A DNA stretch of 63,894 nucleotides, counting the filler, from Octopus bimaculoides (lineage: Eukaryota): NCBI RefSeq assembly GCF_001194135.2. It is 5 parts of 5 records of this genome, joined end to end, with 100 filler letters (N's around TTAATTAATTAA, not from the genome) between each part and the next. Parts side by side here need not be neighbours in the genome. Positions count along the whole stretch, not along the records: positions 41,084 to 62,673 come from NC_069006.1; positions 62,774 to 63,894 come from NC_068999.1; 3 more parts are not named here. The stretch is one strand, 5' to 3'. The position numbers were made by a program, and so were the translations under genes. Positions 51,684 to 63,894 of the stretch are shown here, piece by piece; the first letter of the stretch is position 1, and each line of letters opens with the position of its first letter. The notes below the pieces were generated by a model. It saw only the letters and a program-made list of their open reading frames with translations. It searched no databases and was not told the origin of the DNA.

Positions 51684-52083
51684 TTCTTTTGTCCAAAAAG
51701 GAAGACGAGGTGCAAGGAACAACTAGCTCAGTTAGACATTAACTGCAAAACTGGAAGAATAAGTGAGAGTGATAGAGAGAGAGGGGAGTGAAGCCGGGAG
51801 AACAGATGAGTGAGTGAGACAAAGTAAATGAAAGAGGGGGAGAAAGAGAAAGGAGAACAGTTTAGTGAGGGAGGGAGAGCGGGAGAAAGAACGAGAACAA
51901 ATAGGTAAGTGAGAGACGGAGGGGGAAGGAGAAAATAGTTTAGTGAGTGAGAAGGAGGTAGAAAGAGTGAAAACAAATAGGTTAATGAATAAATGAGAGA
52001 GCGGGGAGAGTGGTTGTTGATAATGATGACAATGACTGTGGTTTCGTTTGCTCATGAATACTCGGTAACTTCCGTGAACTCAC

Positions 52084-52290
52084 GAAGATTTTTTCGTGTC
52101 TTCTTTTTTTGCCCACCTTCACTCTATTTATCACTTTTTCTATCTCTTTCTACTTCTTAATAAATCCATTCTAGTCTTTAAATATTTACTTCTTCATATA
52201 TAAAGTGGATCTTTCTGTGGTGCCCGTCAATTCAGAAAGATCCGAGAACTGAATGAGTGGTGTAGCTTGGAAGCTGCTGCGATTGGCGAA
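52084..52290 (-). promoter_or_regulatory. Candidate DJ-1 promoter and non-coding first exon
   Basis: Minus-strand CCAAT (52282-52286), Inr TCAGTT (52247-52252), donor TTC|GTGAGT at 52084, and acceptor ttttgcag about 60 nt upstream of the ATG. Confidence 0.5.
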
Positions 52291-53449
52291 AGGGTGGACT
52301 TAAGAATATATTCAACCACTCAACCACTACCGTGGTTGAATGATATATATACACACGCCACCATGCGTATGTGCTAATATATGCACAACTTTGTTGTTAA
52401 TAGTTAGAGAAGATGAAAAAAAGAACAAAAAGAATCAGAGTAAGTAGTGGTGGGAGGAAGAAAGAGAGAAAGGAAAAGGGTTCGAAAATAGCGTTCCTGA
52501 AGTATCTAACAATAAGCAAAAGATAAGAGACACATCAAAACCCTTATGTGTATATAGTCAAGCCTGTAAATGCACACATAAATAGACATGCATACCCACA
52601 TAAATACATATATACACATAGTAACACACATGTATACATGCATACAAATAACCATATATCTACATACATATATACATAAATGTACATGTATACACATACA
52701 AATGTATTCAAAACTGTTTGTCAAGTGTATTGAATAAAATCAATAATACAATTAAATTAAATTGCTAAAAATATTATAAGCATATATAACTCTATTCTGT
52801 CATATACCCCCATGGGCACATCGAATAAAGAATCCTTGCTCTTTTTAACCCAGGTGGAATCAACATGGAAAAGGAGGGATTGCCTTGCATGAAGGATAAT
52901 ATCTATATCTGAACTGTCAATGGTAACATACTGCTTGATAAAGTCTAATATCTTAAGAAGTAAAGGCCTGGATATTATTTAGTGCAATATAAACTTGAAA
53001 ATGAGAAAAATTTTGACCTCAGCAAAATTTAAATCAGAAACTTAGCAACTGGTGAAAAATCACTAAATATTTTGTCCAGCTCGCTAAAAGTTTGTCAACA
53101 TCATGGCTTTATTAGCAATGATAATAATAAATGCAATGAAAGTAATTAAATAAATAATAAAAATTGTAATAAAAAAAATAAAACAAATCCATTCAGGTAT
53201 TCGATGTCTTTAAAACACATTTTGGACAATTGTAGATGGACTTTAAAAAAAGGTGTGCATTAAAAAAATCAATGTTGTGGGCTAAATTGCAATTTAAAAA
53301 ACAATGGTCCAGAAAGGTCTATTTAAAAGTAACAGTTACAATAAAATAATGAAAATAAAATAGAAATGAAGTTTGTATAAAGTCAAAGGTTTTCTTGAAA
53401 GGAACAAAATGTAAAATGCAAAAGCAAAAAATGTAAAATGAATGTTATA

Positions 53450-55050
53450 CAAAATGGTGCCAATTTTTAGGTGAGAAAGTCAAATTCAAATGCAAAAGTC
53501 AATGTTATCCGTATGGTATTTTTTCGCTTGACATTTTATGCCTCGTAGTGTGTCTGCAGGAATTTAAAAGCTCCTGTCTTTGGTTCAGTGCATATTTATC
53601 CTGGAGCACAATAAAGAGCTTTTCAGTCAGGCACAAATTGCACCACAGTGGGCGTCTATATGCTCCATGCTTATATGGTGCTGTTTTCTCCAAGATTGTC
53701 CAGCTGATTTTGAAAGAACGGGTATCATTTTCTTTCAATTGCCAGACATGTTTAGTGAGACTCATTGCTGTCCTATTTCTGGGGTATCAAAATGGATTTC
53801 AGTGGGAATATAATTTAGTCTTAAAGGAATTTTCCAAAGCTCCTATATATGTCCTGTATTCTTGTGAGTCATCTATTTGTACCTTAGCTCTATAAACTAT
53901 TTCTTTCTCTAGACAATTTTCTCCAGCAACTTTGAACTTTGAAATTCCAATTCTTCTGGTTATTTCCAGCACTGTGGTTAACTCTAATGGTTTTCATGTT
54001 GTGCTGCTGGTTAATTAAAGAAGCAAACCTCTTGCAACAAGAATAGCTAACCTTCAGCGTTCTCCTATTAAAAATTCTGTGGAATTTATGGTTTGTTTGA
54101 AAGTGCTTAGAAATTAGTTTCAAGAATTCTCTACCTATCAAATTCGACGACTGGCACCCATGCCAACCTCTCCTTCATTGGACACTAAACTCGGCTTGCG
54201 AAGACCTGTTGAGGCAAGTGAAATCAAAATCGTGATTGAACCAAATTCGATGACTGGCACCTGTGCCAGTGGAGCACTAACAGCACCGTCCGAGCGTAAT
54301 CATTGCCAGAACAGCTGTCTGGCTTCTGTGCTAGTGGCACATAAATAGCACCATTTGAGTGTGATCATTACCAGCGTCGCCTTACTGGCACTTGTGCTGG
54401 TGGCACGTGAAAAAACATTCAAGCAAAGTCATTGCCAGTGCCGCTGGACTGGCTCCTGTGCAGGTGGCACATAAAAAACACCATTTTGAGCATGGCCATT
54501 GCCAGTACCGCCTGACTGGCCCTCGTGCTGGTGGCACGTAAAAGCACCCACTACACTCTCGGGGTGGTTGGCGTTAGGAAGGGCATCCAGCTGTAGAAAC
54601 TCTGCCAGATCAGATTGGAGCCTGGTGCAGCCTTCTGGTTCGCCAGTCCTCAGTCAAATTGTCCAACCCATGCTAGCATGGCAGGCAGACATTAAACGAT
54701 GTTGATTAGTTTTTATGGCAATGTTAGAAGTTGGATTAAACCACAAAACTTTCTTAGTACTAGTCCTACGTGTTCTATTATTGTTAGTAGTGCTTTGACT
54801 ATACTGGATCTTCTCCACTGTTCCTCAATGCATCATTATAATATGGTGCAGCATTTTGAAACACTGTCTTGTCTGAAGATATGGATGATATGCGCCTTCT
54901 TATATTACTAACTAGATTCTTAAGTAGTATGGTGGATGATTTGACTCTTTGTTAATATAATATAGCTTTTCATTAGGCTTACACCTGATGTTCATTTTCT
55001 CCATGAAGTAGCTGTGACACAGGATTTCAGCAGCTGTGTACGTTTCAGAG
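53450..55050 (-). mobile_element. Penelope element 3' portion (RT thumb, linker, GIY-YIG), split by an insertion
   Basis: ILLKNLVSNIRRRISSISSDKTVFQNAAPYYNDALRNSG and KVLWFNP lie above 54710; IGREFLKLISKHF..KVSYSC and SLTKHVWQLKE..ISWTILEK..CNLCLTEK..LNQRQEL lie below 54140. Confidence 0.92.
54140..54708 (+). mobile_element. Non-autonomous element D (RTE-like 3' tail with internal ~60-bp repeats) nested in Penelope
   Basis: Repeated gtggcac(g/a)taaaa..cacc..attgccag..ctggc units, then gttaggaagggcatccagctgtagaaac..ccaacccatgctagcatgg..ttaaacgat. The same tail occurs at 43326 and 58080. Confidence 0.85.
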
Positions 55051-55286
55051 TTGGCCTATTTAGGATATGTATATATATATATATAAATATATTGTGAGAT
55101 ATTAGAGTCAAGATGTCTGTTTATCACGTTGGGCATACATGTACATGTGTGTGTGTGGTGTGCATATACACACAAATCTGGGTGTATATAACTGTTCAGA
55201 GAACTTGCAATGTATGCACAACGGTCAGTGTGATTCACTTTCATTGAGTGGCTGCACAAGGTTTGTTGTATACACACAAAGCAGTC

Positions 55287-55336
<50 letters not shown>

Positions 55337-55649
55337 ATAAATATATTTTTGTATCTGCCTGATGTTTGTATGTAAACAAGTTTGTGTATTTGGGGATGGA
55401 TGGATGGATGGATTTAGAAAAGTACTCACTACATTTTGCAAAGTAGTTTTCATTGGGAAACACATCCAATTGTAGAAACAGTGGAAAACTGAGACATTGG
55501 AACTCAGAGTAGTTCTCTAAATCATCAGATCCTGTTGGGCCGTTGAAATGAAACAAACATGGAGGGCGAACATAAAATGATGATCCATACACATAAGTAC
55601 ATGTGTGTATATATAATAAATAGAGACACACACACACATAAAGGTATAT

Positions 55650-55860
55650 ATATACTCTTTTACTTGTTTCAGTCATTTGACTGCGGCCATGCTGGAGCAC
55701 CGCCTTTAGTCGAGAAAATCGATCCCAGGACGTATTCTTTGTAAGCCTAGTATTTATTCTATCGGTCTCTTTTTGCCGAACCGCTAAGTTACAGGGACGT
55801 AAACACACCAGCATCGGTTGTCAAGCGATGGTGGGGGGACAAACACAGACACACAAACAT

Positions 55861-55893
<33 letters not shown>

Positions 55894-56048
55894 CGACAGG
55901 CTTCTTTCAGTTTCCGNNNNNNNNNNTTGTAAGCCTAGTATTTATTCTATCGGTCTCTTTTTGCCGAACCGCTAAGTTACAGGGACGTAAACACACCAGC
56001 ATCGGTTGTCAAGCGATGGTGGGGGGACAAACACAGACACACAAACAT

Positions 56049-56081
<33 letters not shown>

Positions 56082-56222
56082 CGACAGGCTTCTTTCAGTT
56101 TCCGCCTACCAAATCCACTCACAAGGCTTTGGTCGGCCCGAGGTTATAGTAGAAGACACTTGCCCAAGGTGCCACACAGTGAGACTGAACCCGGAACCGT
56201 GTGGTTGGTAAGAAAGCTACTT
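55650..56222 (-). mobile_element. SINE family B copy with an assembly-duplicated segment
   Basis: Family B sequence; 55739-55916 is repeated at 55928-56103 across a short N gap. Confidence 0.9.
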
Positions 56223-56626
56223 ACCGTGCAAGTGTGTTGTATGAGAGTGCTGGAATAAGCATGTTTTGTGAATGCAATTTGAGAGACAGACACTATGTCA
56301 CAGTCCAGTGGACTTTGTTGCTGGAGATTGATTTAACCTGTCACCTGGTTTAACACAGCCACAACCTGATTCTTGCTGCAAAGATTTAGGACGGGTTGCT
56401 GATTTAAGGACACTTTGCTTCCTTCCCCATACTTGTAACAGAAACCTGAAAAGGGGTCATGAAGGTGGGGAAAGGGTCACTGCACTTATGATGACAGTCA
56501 TGTCATTAAAAATGTGAATTTATCAAGTTCGCAGCCCATAGCTTTTTAAAGGAAGTTCACAGTCAAAAGAAAATGTGGGAGAGAGTTTGTAGTCATGCTT
56601 TAATCAGTTCTAATTTGGAGGAGAAC

Positions 56627-57420
56627 TCAACAAAGTTCTTTTTTCATCCAGGAAATCAGGTTACTGTCCATCCGCACAATTTCTGGTCTGCTTGATGATT
56701 TAGCCAGAGGTGGAGGAGGAGGTGGTGGTGCTGGAACACGTGGTGGTAGTGGCGGCGGCGGTGGTGGTGTCACATGGTTATCAATCACTGTTGCACTATT
56801 GTTTTTGTTGTTGCTAACGTTGTTATAGCACTTGTTGCTACTTGCGGTTGAGGTCACCTTTGCATCAGTTGCAATGGAGCTGCACTCTGTCTTTTTCTCT
56901 GCAGATGTTTGTCTTTTATTCAGTGAAGTGTCACTGTCTGTCGCACAAGTTGCTGCAGTACCACACAACTGCTTCAAGAATCCTTCTGGCAGAAGCTTGG
57001 TGCAGCTGTCAACTTTCGAGATCGGGTCACAGTATTGATATCCCAGGTGCTCGTAGAAACCTTGTTTATCATGAGTACTCAAGTACATCGTCTGAAAACC
57101 CAGACGAGCTGCAAACTCCTCTGAAGCAATCATGATCTTTCGGCCTAAGCCTTGACCACGGTATTCTTTGTCCACCAACACAGACTCAACAAAACAAGCT
57201 TTTTCAATGCCCACAACCCTTGAGAACATGCTATGGCCAATAACAGAGGGCTGGCCTAGGGCAACCAAGACGAGGGAAACGGGTAGCTGGTCACATGACT
57301 TACGAAGGGAATGAAGGCGAGCTGTTTTACTCCGGGTCCATTCGCTGTTGAGAAGGTCAGCACAGGAGTCATAGAAACAGGGATTTTGGTGAAGTGGAAC
57401 AACTTGGAATTTCTCCTCTT
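56627..57420 (-). CDS. NAA80: N-alpha-acetyltransferase 80 (actin N-terminal acetyltransferase), main and terminal coding exon
   Basis: LLNSEWTRSKTARLHSLRKSCDQLPVSLVLV, FVESVLVDKEYRGQGLGRKIM (acetyl-CoA motif A), MYLSTHDKQGFYEHLGY, a proline-rich tract and C-terminal WMKKEL are all NAA80/NAT6 hallmarks. Acceptor ttttttgcag| at 57421 (phase 1); TGA at 56627-56629. Confidence 0.88.
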
Positions 57421-57896
57421 CTGCAAAAAAAACAAACAAATAACCTTCATATATATAATAAATAATAAGTATGCGTGTGTCTTGTTTCTATATGCATGTG
57501 TAGTTTTATGTGCATGCCATGCGTGTGTGTGTAAGTGCAGTTGTATGCATGTGTCTGTATATGTGTAGCTCCAAGTATGTTTGTGTGTGTGAAAGTGTAG
57601 CTCTGTGTGCATGTGTATGCAGCAAGATATTTGTGTAATTATGAACGTTTTGTACTGTGTGTGTGTGTGTGAATGTAGCTTTGTGTTTATGTATGTGCAA
57701 CAGTGTGTGCATGTAGTTGCATGTATGCGAATGTAGATTAATGAGTGTGTTCTAGTTTTTGTCGCAAATGTCATGTCACCTGCAAATCTGACACCGTAGC
57801 CATAAAAATATTTGTAATTCTCTGATCAAAGCCAGTTGAATCCAAAAAAAGTAAAATAGATTCCGTATAATGTTTTTAGTAATTCAGTTCTATTTT

Positions 57897-58070
57897 TAGA
57901 GATGAGGAATTATGTACATCATTTACATTATTTACATTTGATGGATATTTGTCCTCATCTTGTTTGTTGTTAACACAATGTTTCGGCTAATTTCCCTAAG
58001 ACACTTGATGAAGGCTGGAGGGGTGTATCAGCCAAAACATAAGATGAGGACAAATATTCGTCAAATGTAA
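57897..58070. mobile_element. Third, internally deleted foldback copy of the hammerhead-bearing tail
   Basis: agagatgaggaattatgtac..ttaacacaatgtttcggct joined to aatttccctaagacac-ttgatgaa-ggctggagggtgtatcagcc-aaaac..aagatgaggacaaat. Confidence 0.8.
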
Positions 58071-59039
58071 ATGTTTCTAATGCTTCTACAGCTGTTAGAA
58101 AGGGCATCCAGCTGTAGAAATATTGCCAGATCAGATTGGAGCCTGGTGTGACCTCCTGGCTTGCCAGTCCCCAGTCAAACCATCCAACCCATGCCAGTAT
58201 GGAAAACGGACGTTAAACAATGATGATGATGATGATGATGTATAAAGTCCCATCTTCGACTCTCAATCCTCTTGCTGTGCCAATTCCTTCGTTTTCAAAC
58301 AATGAGAAGAAAGACATGACCCAAACATTCCTTCCACAACAGAAACATGTCCCAATTTCCTGGATTTCATAAGGTTGACCCAAGGCTAAAGGAGAAAATA
58401 TTTACCCGATGGGCTATGTTGTTGGATCAAGCTTGAAACAACATCATTGTTAACTGAGATTTTTAACCACACAGCTATACTTGTGGCTAATTTACAAATA
58501 TATTTTCCCCTTTATTTATTTCATTTATTTATATTCATTATTTTCTTTACTATTTTGTAACCTTTGTGTAGAACTGAACCCAATTTGGTTCGTTCACTGT
58601 ATATTATTCCTACCTTCAGGAAGACAGGATCAATACACAGTAATGTTTCTTCTCAACTCAAATCCTTAAATTTCTGACCATATTTTTCTATCCATTTTTA
58701 GTTGTTGCTTAACACCTAATATAGCAGAACTATGATCACAGACATTCCAACCACAACCATCCTGTCTATTGATAGATAGTACGTCTCACACTCCATTGAT
58801 TTTGAGAAAGCTTTAGCTATTATTTCAAGCGGGTCCAGTAACCACATAGGGACTCACTCATCATCATGATCCATTTCTGATTTTATTCATTGTTTTTCTC
58901 AAGAAAAATGTTGTAGAGGTTTATCAGTTCACAACTAATTTTGATTGAGATGCAATGAATCAAACTGAGCCATTCATCATCATCATCATCATCATTGTCA
59001 TCATCGTCACTTGTCATTGCCTCTGTTAGCTCCTACATG

Positions 59040-59480
59040 TGAAAATCGTGATTCACTGCTTCATCCCATGTTTTCCTGGGTCTACCTCTTCTGCAGATTC
59101 CCTACACCATTAGAGTGTGACACTTCCTCACACAGCTGTCCTCATCCATACACATCACACGACCATATCAGTGCACACCACATCTGATGCTTCTAATTCT
59201 TTCAGGGTGCTTACACTCTCTCGTGTATGCACACTGACATTACACATCCAGCGAAGCATACTGGCTACATTTCTTACAAACCTACGCATGTCCTCAACAG
59301 TCACAGCCCATGCTTCACTGCCGTGTAACATGGCTGTTTGTACACAGGCATTATACAGTCTGCCTTTCATTCTAAGCAAGAGGGCCCTTTGTTACCAGCA
59401 GTGATAAGATCTCTCTGAACTTTCCCCAGCCTATTTTTATTCTAGCAGCTATGCTCTCAGAGCATCCACCCTTGCTACTG
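59040..59480 (-). mobile_element. RTE-type LINE 3' fragment
   Basis: MKGRLYNACVQTAMLHGSEAWAVTVEDMRRFVRNVASMLRWMCNVSVH. Confidence 0.88.
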
Positions 59481-60574
59481 ATTTAGGTAACAGAAGCTAT
59501 CGTCTACTTCTAGTTTTATCCCCTGGTATGTGATGGAATCTATTTTCTGTACATTTTTGGTGCTTATTGTACCTGTGCACCTTCTACACAAAAGTCTTCC
59601 CTGTTAACTTTCCTCTGATATTGTTGCACCTTTTGTGTTCATATCTTACTCAGGGTACATCTTATGTATATATATATATATAGCGTTCAATATCAGATTT
59701 GTGTTTAGCCGTACGGCTTTTTAATGTTTTCACTGTCCATTTTTTCCTGTCTTGGTTTGTGTTTGCCACCTTGGAATCCTCTGCTTAGTGCATCGATCCA
59801 CTACTCAGGAAGAGATTATTCTAGAGTACGTTCTGCCTTATCTTCGAAACGTCTAGTTAGAATAGAGGCAGCTGACAAAGGATTAATTCCAAGTGGCTAT
59901 CTGTTTTCCTATGTGTTTGTTCCGTTGTCTGTAGTTCATTTTTCTAACGTCCTGTACCCTGATATGCATCTATATACACATGTAGATGTAAGTATGTACA
60001 TATATGTGTGTATATATTNNNNNNNNNNNNNNNNNNNNNNNNNNNNNNNNNNNNNNNNNNNNNNNNNNNNNNNNNNNNNNNNNNNNNNNNNNNNNNNNNN
60101 NNNNNNNNNNNNNNNNNNNNNNNNNNNNNNNNNNNNNNNNNNNNNNNNNNNNNNNNNNNNNNNNNNNNNNNNNNNNNNNNNNNNNNNNNNNNNNNNNNNN
60201 NNNNNNNNNNNNNNNNNNNNNNNNNNNNNNNNNNNNNNNNNNNNNNNNNNNNNNNNNNNNNNNNNNNNNNNNNNNNNNNNNNNNNNNNNNNNNNNNNNNN
60301 NNNNNNNNNNNNNNNNNNNNNNNNNNNNNNNNNNNNNNNNNNNNNNNNNNNNNNNATGGAGCAGATGTGAGGAAACATTCAGAAATCGAGAAATACGTTT
60401 TAACAAAAAAAAAAAGTTAATGAGGACGAGTTACCTCCCCTGAACTAGAGGGGGAAAAAGAACAAAAAAAAACAACCCTTATAGACCTGAAGTGGCCTTG
60501 TGGAAATTACCGTGGGCTCTTAAATATTTTATAATAAATGAGATTTAGAATTAAATACTTTTCAACGTATGTGA

Positions 60575-60722
60575 ACTTCGTTCTGAGTTCAAATTCTGTC
60601 AAGGTCGACTTTGCCTTTCATCCTTTCGGGATCGATAAATTAAGAACCAGTTGCGTACTGGAGTCGATCTAATCGACTGACCATATCCCCAAAATTTTCG
60701 GGCCTTGTGCTTAGAGTAGAAA
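60575..60722 (+). mobile_element. 5'-truncated SINE family A
   Basis: ttctgagttcaaattc..ggtcgactttgcctttcatcctttcgg..gggccttgtgcttagagtagaaaag. Confidence 0.9.
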
Positions 60723-60773
60723 AGAACATATGTGAACTTTTTTTTTTTCCATAATACGCAAGATTTTAAAGTG

Positions 60774-60972
60774 GGTACTACTAAAGCAGCACGGTCCCGA
60801 ACGCGCAGTCGCGCTAGCTAGTCGTGAGTGGTCGATCCTAACCCTAAACACGTATTCATTTGCACACGCGGGTTAGGGTTAGGGACAGGGTTAGGGTTAG
60901 GATCGACCACTCAAGACTATCTAGCGCGGACGCGCGACTGCGCGTTCGGGTCCGTGCTGCTTTAGTAGTACC
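60774..60972. mobile_element. 199-bp Merlin-like MITE with 8-bp TSD and internal telomeric repeats
   Basis: TIR GGTACTACTAAAGCAGCACGG..; TSD TTAAAGTG at 60766-60773 and 60973-60980; inner cctaaccctaa and gggttagggttagg. Confidence 0.9.
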
Positions 60973-61258
60973 TTAAAGTGTAAATATTGCAGCCTCTTAT
61001 ACATGATAACATATTTAAATTAAATGTTTTTTTTTTAAAATATTATTCCTGATTAAATACTTCTAACTTATTAAAAACAGATGTTTTCCTCTCCTAGTAA
61101 TATATCTACGTTTATATTTAAAGTATTTTTTTTCTAGCCGAAGTAAAAGAAAAAAATATTAAAGTTTTCATTTCGTTATTTCACATAACCCAGGATGTTT
61201 TTTTTTATAAATTCCCCAGTTTCATTGTCTCGATTCCCAGACATTTCCCACGATTTCT

Positions 61259-61303
61259 TCAAAACCCGATTCCAGAAACCACAAAATTTCCATAAAGCTC
61301 TGT
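61259..61303 (-). CDS. Candidate terminal exon of unidentified gene (TELYGNFVVSGIGF*)
   Basis: Acceptor tttgacag|; phase 0 matches the upstream exon; TGA at 61259-61261. Confidence 0.3.
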   Translation of the reverse strand, partial: TELYGNFVVSGIGF

Positions 61304-61450
61304 CTGTCAAATATATATATATTGGTGTTTGTTGAGCTCAGCGGAATTTTAACTCAAAATGTAAAGACGCACGAAATACTGCTAAGCATTTTGTCCGGCA
61401 TGCTAACGATTCCGTCTTATTTATGCCCAAAGCGAAGTGAGGATTCTTAC

Positions 61451-61543
61451 CGACTTCAGGCACTGGACTACTGCCTTGCAGGGGCACCACTGCCCATCAT
61501 ATCGATCTTTGTACATATTTCTGTCTCTTATTGGTTTTATCGG
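61451..61543 (-). CDS. Candidate 93-nt exon (PIKPIRDRNMYKDRYDGQWCPCKAVVQCLKS)
   Basis: Acceptor ttacag|, donor |gtaaga, open, phase 0-0. Confidence 0.45.
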
Positions 61544-63004
61544 CTGTAATTATCAGAGCCCTAAGTCACAGTAGGAAATATGAACAAAACCGATCTAAAA
61601 CCGGTGTATGCATATACACCTTTACGCCTATATATATATTTATATATATAAATAAGCAACGTTAAATCTCTGAACGAGGTATTAACAGTAACTGCACGAC
61701 AAAGTGAAGTATATTTGCCACTTAAATGTGGCTGACCCCTAAGGGTGGATGTTACTGTTGCTTTTAGCCCCAGGAGAACATCTCCTCCAGCTGGCTTTGC
61801 TTTTATTTCGAGTCATATATAAAAACAATTTAATATTAAACTGTAGAATTACTGAATACTTTTTGTTGAGCATATTTTTATTATTCTTCACCAAGAATAG
61901 TATTGGCAGTGACTTCGAAGTTTCGATCTGCTTAACTTTCATTTCATATTTCAGAAAAATATTTAGTCAGTGGACATTTCAAAATGAAAATCACACTCGG
62001 TTTAGCAGCTGATGATCGGAAACGAACAACTCCAAGTACTAGAAGTCAGATCCGTTCAGTTAGATTACTCTACATGCGATTGAAGTCCTGTAATTTATCG
62101 CTTCTGGCGAAGCAAGAGATATACATGCGTGTTTATGTATGTGTGCGTATATATACCCGATGGCCGGATTCCACGCACGCGGTTTCCATCTGCCAAATTC
62201 CATTCCCTTATATAGTATATGTAAAGTTTTCTCTTGTACAAAATACTAATTAACGGTATTTAATTATTTATTTTGATTAATCAATTGTATTTAGTTGTGT
62301 TTTATTGTTCCCTTGCCTCTTGGCAATATTTTTTACCTGAAGTTATTGCAGATATTCAAAAAACAAAAAAAGACGATTAAACCTGGTCTAGAAAATATAC
62401 AGAAAAAATAACGACCAAAGTTTGAAAACTAAAAAGTAAACAAATGGGATTTAAACTGAGTAAATATCACAGGAATTCGTTGATTCTATAAATATAGAAG
62501 ACAAAATTCTTGTAAAAAGTGTTATTCGAAGTACAACACTTCATGGGAAAACAATAAAACCAGTTTTATTCTTCCTTTATTTCTTCAAATTTTCTGTCTT
62601 TCATTCCGCAAATATTTACAGACTGAAGATTTTTTTGCCTCTCAAATTTCAATATTTTTATATTCCCCCTATCNNNNNNNNNNNNNNNNNNNNNNNNNNN
62701 NNNNNNNNNNNNNNNNNTTAATTAATTAANNNNNNNNNNNNNNNNNNNNNNNNNNNNNNNNNNNNNNNNNNNNTATATGCACGCACACACACGCACACAC
62801 GCACATACACACACACATACACATACATACACATACACGCACTCACATACACACACATGTTTATGTGTATATGCATATAAGTCGTGTACTGGCGCTATGA
62901 TTACTGTCTTATTCAGCTCGGGCACGTGAAGTTGATAAGCTGCAAACATGCCAATAGATCGATGTCCATCACTCCTGAATGGGATCTGGGCTTAGCTGAC
63001 TCAC

Positions 63005-63194
63005 CTGTCCATGACCCTCAGGTCTTTCAACATCTGCCGCTTTCAGAAAACAATCTTCACTACTCCGAAACTTCACCCGGCCGAAACTGTTATGATTATC
63101 TGGATACTTGACTGATGAGAGATTGCTGCAAATGACCCGTCCTTGTTTTTTCCTGTCCGTCTTTTTATCGCCAATCTGTGCCGATGGAGTACCA
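63005..63194 (-). CDS. Candidate 190-nt exon (GTPSAQIGDKKTDRKKQGRVICSNL...ERPEGHGQ)
   Basis: 63 open codons bounded exactly by atatag| and CAG|GTGAGT, with an in-frame stop just upstream of the acceptor and GC content above the flanks. Confidence 0.5.
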
Positions 63195-63894
63195 CTATAT
63201 TATAAGCTTACCAAAGAAAATGAAACATTATTCGTTAGACGATTATTACTAGCTTATTGCAACCGAAAATGCAACAGAATTTACTTCCCAAAGACCCATT
63301 CTCCGCATGTTTTCAATGTCCTTCTTCCATTTTATTCAGCCATAAAATTTCGCTGATAAAAATATTAAATTCCTATAGTAAGAAACACGTCTGCCAAATA
63401 AATATTTCCTTACACTTCCTGGCTCACCCTCGGCATTAAAAACCGTCTTGCTGATAAAATTGCTATGAAAATGCCAATATGAGAAGTACACTTTTATAAA
63501 CACCGATATTTGAAGCAGAAAAAAGACAGAAAACAAAACAACAAGAACAACAAAACAAAGCATAAAAATATACTAACAACCAGCAAATAAGCAGAAACAA
63601 ACTGAGTATAGGCGGATGAGCAATAGCAACTTAAAAATAGTGTTCCATAAATAGACAAGTATTATTATAGTTAAAAATATGTCAATTTAATTATATGAAA
63701 TTTTCTAAATATAAGGAGGGAACTTACAGGATATAACTATGCAACACTGTATGTATACGTGAATGGAATTCGAGAAAAGGAAAGAAGAAATTTGCTTCAA
63801 TTTTTGCCAGTATTAAATCGTGTCTGTGAATATTATGTGTGTGGTGTGTGTGTTTGAACAAGCTTATATATATATATACGTATTTATATATATA

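Noticed and set aside
54240-54560. Regularly spaced repeats superficially like a CRISPR array
   Set aside because: Eukaryotic context, degenerate units with related spacers, and part of a retroelement tail.
55739-56103. Apparent 178-bp tandem duplication in a SINE
   Set aside because: Essentially identical copies on either side of a short N gap; most likely an unmerged contig overlap.

Overview
AT-rich, microsatellite- and transposon-dense animal genomic DNA from a gapped draft assembly. The repeat families look like those I associate with octopus (probably Octopus bimaculoides); this is recall, not a search result. Two host genes are recognisable, both on the minus strand. DJ-1/PARK7 has coding exons at 51600-51683 and 42270-42431; its 3' exons were not found. 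NAA80/NAT6, the actin N-terminal acetyltransferase, has a GNAT exon at 56627-57420; its start-codon exon was not found. A phase-compatible three-exon chain of an unidentified gene lies at 61259-63194 (minus), and there are promoter-like sites near 20.5, 28.6 and 52.2 kb. The rest is decayed mobile DNA: Tx1-like, RTE and R4-like LINEs, several Penelope remnants, Tigger/pogo, mariner and Tc1 relics, at least four tRNA-headed SINE families, and many foldback/MITE elements. The most unusual signals are (i) a tRNA-promoter element whose tail carries a minimal hammerhead ribozyme, present three times in foldback form, (ii) a nearly intact hammerhead at 34232-34301, (iii) a Merlin-like MITE with an 8-bp TSD that carries TTAGGG repeats, and (iv) a high density of long inverted repeats. 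Exon, TSD and hairpin coordinates were counted by hand; boundaries of decayed repeats are approximate.
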